Below, piece after piece: positions 42,834 through 48,295 of a DNA stretch of 48,295 nucleotides (its first letter is position 1; each line of letters starts with the position of its first letter). Source of the DNA: an uncultured Pseudomonadales bacterium (GTDB lineage Bacteria; Patescibacteriota; Microgenomatia; UBA1400; CG1-02-47-37); the NCBI GenBank assembly GCA_964361885.1, contig CAYICL010000003.1:1-48295 (forward strand). The letters run 5' to 3'. A program made the translations under genes and the position numbers. Below the pieces are notes generated by a model. The model worked only from the letters and a program-made list of their open reading frames with translations, did not search any database and was not told the origin of the DNA.

Positions 42834-43583
42834 ATGTCACTGCCCGTTTTGCTTCACTCCATCTTGCTTATCCTAACCGCTATCTTTCCTTTCTTTTGGA
42901 CCAGCAATCCTGACCTGTCCAACTATTCTCTCCAACTCTCGGCTCTGTTGCTGGCTGTCTTTCTTTTTCACAACCTGATCGCTAAAAGAAAACCACTTAC
43001 CAATCTATTCATAAAGTATCAATATATAACAAACAGTATCATTATTACTTTACTGGTTTTACTCCTTATCTTGGATACAGGCGGACTTAACTCACCTTTG
43101 TTCTTTATAGCCGACTTTCTCCTGTTCGGTTTAAGCCTTTTCTTCCATCCCATGCAGGGTTTTGTCCTTGGCTTAGCACTCTCCTTCCTATTTCTGCTAA
43201 ACTCTAATCTTACCAGCATCAATACTCTTACCAACGTTATTTCCCTCTTATTAATGACTCCTTTAGCTCGCTTTTTTGGCACTCAATATGCTAAACTGCT
43301 TGAAGCTCAAGACCAAATAAAAATCTTAAGTTATCAATCTAAACACTTACGATCCACTGTCTCCAAAGAAGAAACTACTACCCTTCTATGGCTTTCTCTA
43401 GAATTCCGTAACAAAATGTATCAAGCTCTTGACCTGGTTTCTCAACTCTCTTCTAATCTGTCTTTTCTCCCTTATCACCAAAAAGAGCAGTTAATAAAAC
43501 TCTATCAAGACCTCAAGGCTTTATTCCAGTCCGGCCAAGAACTCGAGAAAAGAATTGACCGGTTAACCGAAAATGAACTATAA
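42834..43583 (+). CDS. Polytopic membrane protein with C-terminal coiled-coil / degenerate DHp-like segment
   Basis: About five TM helices including DTGGLNSPLFF. The C-terminal helical region LLWLSLEFRNKMYQAL resembles a HisKA H-box but has Leu in place of His. No ATPase domain. Confidence 0.45.
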   Translation: MSLPVLLHSILLILTAIFPFFWTSNPDLSNYSLQLSALLLAVFLFHNLIAKRKPLTNLFIKYQYITNSIIITLLVLLLILDTGGLNSPLFFIADFLLFGLSLFFHPMQGFVLGLALSFLFLLNSNLTSINTLTNVISLLLMTPLARFFGTQYAKLLEAQDQIKILSYQSKHLRSTVSKEETTTLLWLSLEFRNKMYQALDLVSQLSSNLSFLPYHQKEQLIKLYQDLKALFQSGQELEKRIDRLTENEL

Positions 43584-44292
43584 ATTTCTAATTGTTCTAA
43601 TTACCCTAATTATTCTAATACCCTTTTCGCCTGCTCTGGCCGTTAACATGAACTCAGACGCTTACAAGCTTCAATTTACCAATCTAAACATGACTTCCGG
43701 CTCTAAATCATCTGAAAACTTTCAGATCCTGGACACTTTGGGCCAATTCGCCCCGGGCGAATACGCTTCTTCCGGCTTTTATGTCAAAGCCGGTTTCCCT
43801 TACATCAAAACCATTATTCCTTTTTCTTTTTCCATTTCCGATTTATCCATTGATTTTGGCACCCTTTCTCCTTCCGCCTTTGCCACATTAACCAACACCC
43901 TGACTGTCTCTTTTGGCGCCGCCGGCGGTTACTCGGTTGTGGCTCACGAAGACCATCCGCTTAAACTTCAAACCGGTTCCATCACTATTCCTGACACTAC
44001 CTGCGACACCGCTTGCGATGAAACCACGGCCGCGGTCTGGATCAATACCACTAACTACGGCTTTGGCTACAATATGTCCGGCCATGACGTCCCCGCCGCC
44101 TTTGTTAACAACACTTACTTTAAACAGTTCGCTAATAACTCTATTGAAGAACCCGATCAAATCGTCATGTCTTCTGCCAACGTCGGCATCGGCCGTACCG
44201 CCACTGTCACTTACAAAATTAACATCAGCACTACCCAAGCTGCCGGCGATTACGAAAACTCGATTGTTTTCATCGCCACCCCCACTTATTAA
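43573..44292 (+). CDS. Secreted surface protein, WxL-domain-like
   Basis: Signal peptide (ILIPFSPALA). The C-terminus TVTYKINISTTQAAGDYENSIVFIATPTY resembles the terminal aG.Y...l.W.L...P motif of WxL proteins, with W replaced by F. Confidence 0.5.
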   Translation: MNYKFLIVLITLIILIPFSPALAVNMNSDAYKLQFTNLNMTSGSKSSENFQILDTLGQFAPGEYASSGFYVKAGFPYIKTIIPFSFSISDLSIDFGTLSPSAFATLTNTLTVSFGAAGGYSVVAHEDHPLKLQTGSITIPDTTCDTACDETTAAVWINTTNYGFGYNMSGHDVPAAFVNNTYFKQFANNSIEEPDQIVMSSANVGIGRTATVTYKINISTTQAAGDYENSIVFIATPTY

Positions 44293-44295
44293 ACT

Positions 44296-45222
44296 ATGAT
44301 TAACAGATGTAAATTACTCACCACTATCGTATGTATATCTTTATATCTGTCATTTTACACGCCGGTTCAAGCTCAAACCGTTTCTCTTTCCATTTGGCCG
44401 CCCATCCTGGACGTTATTATTAAACCCGGAAAAGCCGTTACCCAAGTTTTTCGTTTCACCAACAACGGCGACAATACCACCATCACTGCTTCAATTGTCC
44501 CTTTTGAACCAGCCGATAATTTCGGCCATGTTAAACTCTCCTCCACTCCTTCTCCTGCTACCGCTTACTTTTCCTTGCAAAATGCCGACCTGAATCTACC
44601 GGCTACTTTTGCCTTAAAAGCCGGTGAAAGCCAGGAGTTGGTTTTAAAAATCCGGGTGCCGGATACTGCTCCGGAAGCCGACCACTATCTAACCTTTCTG
44701 TTCGATTCCTCAAACTTGGGGCTTATCGCCGGCACCGGCACCAAAACTCAAGGCTCTATCGGCGCCAATGTCTTGCTGACTGTTTCTAAAACCGGTCAAC
44801 CCGTCAGGCTGGCCAAAATTGACTCTTTCACTCTTTCTCCTTGCCTGTTCAATCTCTCTCCTTGTTTGCTTGACTCATTTGACCAGCCTCAATTTAAGTT
44901 TCTGGTTAAAAACACCGGCCGCAACCGCTTTAAAGCAGTCGGTCAAATTGATATTCGCAACACCTTTAATAAAAAAATTGCCACCCTTGGCTTTCGTCAA
45001 GACAATGTTTTAGCCAACTCCAGCCGATACCTCACCTCCGACACCACCTGGAACCCGGTTTTTCCCGTGGGCCGCTATCAAGCCACTGCCGCTATCACCC
45101 CGGAAGATTCCACCAACACCGTCTCCCAAACACTCACTTTTCTAATTCTGCCTTACAAAGCCCTGCTGATTTTAGGCTTATTCTGGTTTTTTTTCTATCT
45201 TATAAAAAAACTTAAAAACTAA
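44296..45222 (+). CDS. Cell-surface protein, DUF916/DUF3324-like (CscA-like) with C-terminal TM anchor
   Basis: Signal peptide, two beta-rich domains (SIWPPILDVIIKPGKAVTQVFRFTNNGDN...), and a C-terminal TM helix followed by basic residues (LILGLFWFFFYLIKKLKN). Confidence 0.5.
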   Translation: MINRCKLLTTIVCISLYLSFYTPVQAQTVSLSIWPPILDVIIKPGKAVTQVFRFTNNGDNTTITASIVPFEPADNFGHVKLSSTPSPATAYFSLQNADLNLPATFALKAGESQELVLKIRVPDTAPEADHYLTFLFDSSNLGLIAGTGTKTQGSIGANVLLTVSKTGQPVRLAKIDSFTLSPCLFNLSPCLLDSFDQPQFKFLVKNTGRNRFKAVGQIDIRNTFNKKIATLGFRQDNVLANSSRYLTSDTTWNPVFPVGRYQATAAITPEDSTNTVSQTLTFLILPYKALLILGLFWFFFYLIKKLKN

Positions 45223-45226
45223 CCCA

Positions 45227-45256
45227 TTGACAAGTTTAATCATTTAAAGATACTAT
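45227..45256 (+). promoter_or_regulatory. Sigma70-like promoter candidate upstream of the 45277 surface-protein gene
   Basis: TTGACA (45227-45232), an 18-nt spacer, then TACTAT (45251-45256), about 20 nt before the ATG. Confidence 0.4.
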
Positions 45257-45276
45257 GTATAAATAATATATCTTTC

Positions 45277-46737
45277 ATGTTTAGATTAAAAAAGTTGGTT
45301 GCCAAAATAGCTCTGGCTTCTATCCTGGCTTTTTCCGGCCAAACTCTTTTTCTAATACACCCCCAAGAATTAGACTCCGCCAACCTAACCGCTGTGGCTG
45401 ACACTCTTTCCACATCCAGACTTTCCTATTACGGTAGTTTGGGAGTCGGTCACACTGCCGGGGTTACCTTGATAAAAATATCCACCTCTGGCATGCCCTC
45501 AACCTCTACCGCTAATTTATTCACCGGCGAATCGGTTTTAATCGGTGACACTACCACTGCCAGCACCTATACGGTTGATGATATTTACGATACTGATGAA
45601 TTCACTATTACTGCCGGTCTTGGCGCCGGTGATAATGATTCCGGCGACTTGGTGATTGCCACCCGCTCTGCCACCCACACTGTCACTTTTACTACTGCTT
45701 CGGCTATTGCTAATGGCGCTATCCGGATCCTAATTCCTTCCGGCACCAATGGCAACAATGACGGTATTCCTAACCATGACGGTTTTGACTTTGGCTTCAC
45801 TACTCCCAGTTTAACCGGCCCCAGCGGCGGCGGGGTCACCTCTTGGGAAACCGCCACTGCCACCGCTTCCGCCGGCACTTGGTGTACGGCCGGCAACCAC
45901 TGTTTTGAGGCCCGCTACAACGGCACTAATAACGTTAATGCCGCTTTGACTTTCACTATCGGCGGGGCTAACAAACTGATTAACCCTGCCCCTGGTGCCG
46001 GCCATACTGCCGGTACGGCCGATACTTACACCGTCACTATCCAGCAGTTGGGCCCGATGACCAGCCAATATCCGGTGATTGATTCCACGACGGTAAAAAT
46101 CGCCGTGATCGAATCGGTCCGGGTCACGGCCACGGTTGACCCCACCATTACCTTTACCGTTGCCAGCGTCGGCGTCGGCGTTACCGCCTGCCTACAGACG
46201 CTGGATATCACTTCCACTGCCACCACGATACCTTACGGCACACTGGATTTAGCTTCTTTTAACGACGCTGCCCAACAATTAAGCGCTGTTACCAATGCCG
46301 CCGGCGGCTACGCGGTCACTATCATCTCCGATGACCAACTCTCTGTTGGCGGTGATCATGCGGTCGAGATCGAAAATACTGACTGCGACAATGAAAACTG
46401 TACTGATACTGTCAGCGGTAGATGGTCTTCCGAAAACGATATCTCCGGCTTTGGTTTTTCTCTTCACAATATCGATGCCAATACTGCTCCTTTCTGGTAT
46501 AGCACCACCACCGGCAACTGCAGCGGCGGCTCTTTCTGTGCCAGAATGATTCCTTCTACCGCTACCGCCAGCGAAACGCCGGATGACAGCGACACTGCTT
46601 TGCAAATCATGTCCCGCTCCACCATCCCCTCGACTACTGAAGATCTGTATGTTTGTTATCGCCTGGTAGCTGATACCACTCAAACCGCCGGCGACTATGA
46701 AAATAACGTTACCTATACGGCTACGGCTACTTTTTAA
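45277..46737 (+). CDS. Large secreted Thr/Ala/Gly-rich surface protein, WxL-domain-like C-terminus
   Basis: Signal peptide. The C-terminal approximately 190 aa align by eye with 43573-44292 (ITFTV...GTLDL...NAAGGYAVTI...GFGFS...QTAGDYENNVTYTATATF). Confidence 0.5.
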   Translation: MFRLKKLVAKIALASILAFSGQTLFLIHPQELDSANLTAVADTLSTSRLSYYGSLGVGHTAGVTLIKISTSGMPSTSTANLFTGESVLIGDTTTASTYTVDDIYDTDEFTITAGLGAGDNDSGDLVIATRSATHTVTFTTASAIANGAIRILIPSGTNGNNDGIPNHDGFDFGFTTPSLTGPSGGGVTSWETATATASAGTWCTAGNHCFEARYNGTNNVNAALTFTIGGANKLINPAPGAGHTAGTADTYTVTIQQLGPMTSQYPVIDSTTVKIAVIESVRVTATVDPTITFTVASVGVGVTACLQTLDITSTATTIPYGTLDLASFNDAAQQLSAVTNAAGGYAVTIISDDQLSVGGDHAVEIENTDCDNENCTDTVSGRWSSENDISGFGFSLHNIDANTAPFWYSTTTGNCSGGSFCARMIPSTATASETPDDSDTALQIMSRSTIPSTTEDLYVCYRLVADTTQTAGDYENNVTYTATATF

Positions 46738-46740
46738 CTT

Positions 46741-47706
46741 ATGAAATCCCTCCTGCCCATCATCGTCCTCGCTCTAGCTTCCACTCTACCATCTGCTCCG
46801 CCGGCCGCTGGCCCGGACATTGTCTCCACCACCGCTTCGCCGCCCCGGCTGGAACTGGAAGCTTTACCCGGTACTACCCTTCAGGAAACCTTAAAAATCA
46901 CTAATGCCTCACCCACCGAACAAGCTTATCAGGTTAAATTTACCGACTTTATCGTCAAAGATAATCAGGGCACTCCGGTAGCCGTGACTGAAAAAGTTTC
47001 CGGCCGCTGGAGTTTAGCCTCCTGGCTGACGGTTAAACCCGACAAACTGCTTTTAACCCCTAGCCAAACCGCCACTGTTAATCTGCTTATCTCTGTCCCC
47101 AAGGACGCGCTCCCCGGCGGCCATTATGCTATCGTCACCTACTCACCCTTAGCCGGCGGCACTTTGGGCCAAGCCAAGCAAGGTGTTGGCGGCGGTTCAG
47201 CGGTTGAACCCAAAGTCGGTACTTTAATCTACTTTAATGTTATCGGCGATGTTACCGAAGCCGCCAACCTGAAAGAATTCAAAGTTGATAAAAAATTTGC
47301 TTATTACGGCCCGATTAATTTATTTGCCGAAATCGAAAACTTGGGCGATGTCCATATCCGGCCCCAAGGCACCGTTAGTGTTGCCAACCTGCTGGGTGAT
47401 GTCATCTTCTCCCAAAGCCTGGAAGAAAAAAACATCTTCCCTTTTGCTTCCCGCACCTATGATTTAACCGTTCCCGGTAAATGGCGCTTAGGCCGCTATG
47501 CTGCCAAGCTTGAAGCTACTGCCGGCTCTTCCCAACTGCCCCTTCATGGCTTAATCTACTTCTGGATCGTCCCGGTTAAAGAATTAAGCCTGATCGCCGG
47601 AGCCTTAATCATCATCATCCTGATAATTATCCTGAAAAAAAGACAGCCCAAGCCACCGACAGAATTACCCCAGGAAACCCCTACCTTAACTCCGCCAACT
47701 GCTTAA
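46741..47706 (+). CDS. Cell-surface protein, DUF916/DUF3324-like with C-terminal TM anchor
   Basis: Signal peptide, PRLELEALPGTTLQETLKITNAS...PGGHYAIVTY, a second domain (IENLGDVHIRPQGTVSV...GRYAAKLEA), and the TM anchor LIAGALIIIILIIILKKRQ. Confidence 0.5.
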   Translation: MKSLLPIIVLALASTLPSAPPAAGPDIVSTTASPPRLELEALPGTTLQETLKITNASPTEQAYQVKFTDFIVKDNQGTPVAVTEKVSGRWSLASWLTVKPDKLLLTPSQTATVNLLISVPKDALPGGHYAIVTYSPLAGGTLGQAKQGVGGGSAVEPKVGTLIYFNVIGDVTEAANLKEFKVDKKFAYYGPINLFAEIENLGDVHIRPQGTVSVANLLGDVIFSQSLEEKNIFPFASRTYDLTVPGKWRLGRYAAKLEATAGSSQLPLHGLIYFWIVPVKELSLIAGALIIIILIIILKKRQPKPPTELPQETPTLTPPTA

Positions 47707-47848
47707 AACAGCCCCCACTCTTTGGCTAACTGCTTGAGATGACTTAAAAACTGCAATATTTCCCTAGGTGTTATCCTATCTCCACCTCCCAGGTGAATCT
47801 ACTTAACCAAACCTGAAGTGGAAGTTACCAAGAATGAAAGTCTTTCGG

Positions 47849-48295
47849 TCACGGCATTTGAAAAGCTGACTTACTCACACCATCATCTGTACCTAAATAA
47901 ACTTTCGTTCCTCTTTGATCGGTATTTCGACGGAAAACTCCTGGTAAACTAAACACATCTGTTCCTTCTGGCAATACTACTTCCTGGCCAAAAGGGTTAA
48001 AAATAGTCAACGGTCGCATATCATCAATTACTTTATCAACTGCCCTTTGGCGTTTCGGATCATCATTTGATAACTCATCTAAAAGTAGAGGAAAACCCAA
48101 TCCCCATAAATATCGGGTTTGGTCTAAATTCAAATTTACTGTTAACAATTTTTCAGAAAAGATATCAGTTATAGCAGATGTGTCTGATCTATTTAGAGCA
48201 AAATACAACCATTGACGCGTTCCTGGATATTGCAGATGCAGTGATTCAAAACTGAAATAATAACAATTTGTTCTCGATATATGTCCATGCCCGCC
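47849..48295 (-). CDS. Hypothetical protein, 5'-partial (frame open to the window edge)
   Basis: The minus-strand frame stays open upstream of the listed TTG at 48208, through nt 48295 (...GGHGHISRTNCYYFSFESLHLQYPGTRQW-LYFALN...). No domain recognised. Confidence 0.4.
   Translation of the reverse strand, partial: GGHGHISRTNCYYFSFESLHLQYPGTRQWLYFALNRSDTSAITDIFSEKLLTVNLNLDQTRYLWGLGFPLLLDELSNDDPKRQRAVDKVIDDMRPLTIFNPFGQEVVLPEGTDVFSLPGVFRRNTDQRGTKVYLGTDDGVSKSAFQMP

Noticed and set aside
45585-46683. Several long minus-strand ORFs (66-134 aa) lie inside the 486-aa surface-protein gene.
   Set aside because: They are a by-product of the ACC/GCC/GGC-rich codon composition of a Thr/Ala/Gly-rich protein. 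Their translations are low-complexity Ala/Gly/Val strings with no start context.
1-48295. The genome might use an alternative genetic code (UGA recoding, as in some CPR lineages).
   Set aside because: TGA terminates well-supported genes at expected lengths (for example leuS at 40387 and the comEC channel at 38665), and no conserved protein is interrupted by in-frame TGA. The standard bacterial code fits.

Overview
This is a gene-dense window, roughly 95% coding, with about 40% GC and many 1-4 nt gene overlaps. TGA is used as a normal stop. By inference this fits a small-genome, Gram-positive-like or CPR/Patescibacteria-type bacterium. All product calls come from motif recognition by eye; no searches were run.

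Content:
- Housekeeping genes: a t6A cluster (TsaC-TsaE fusion, HIT, tsaD), tRNA-Arg(CCT), tRNA-Pro(CGG), ndk, an M16 peptidase, argS, and a leuS-comEA-comEC operon.
- A roughly 19 kb cell-surface glycan island (16.7-35.5 kb). It holds many GT2/GT4/CgeB-like glycosyltransferases, four methyltransferases, a B12-radical SAM enzyme, an SDR epimerase, a split transketolase and a Wzm/Wzt-type ABC exporter.
- A duplicated surface-protein cluster (43.5-47.7 kb) that resembles WxL / DUF916-DUF3324 cell-surface-complex loci.

The most unusual signal is a REP/RAYT-type system:
- An IS200-like HUH/Y1 (RAYT) transposase gene (35575-36258) is bracketed by two identical 27-nt palindromes, GTTTACAAAGGACGGACCCTTGTAAAC.
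- Six more copies of this palindrome are dispersed through the window. All six lie inside protein-coding genes (tsaD, radical SAM, cupin, GT4, comEA, leuS). They are in frame and encode VYKG(RT/PS)FV-type peptides.
- All eight copies share the same chromosomal orientation.
- Related or second-family palindromic cassettes of 36-69 nt, always a multiple of three, are also embedded in frame. They occur in argS, tsaD, leuS, the TsaC-TsaE linker and a surface protein.
- The pattern is reminiscent of Rickettsia palindromic elements, but here it is linked to a RAYT.
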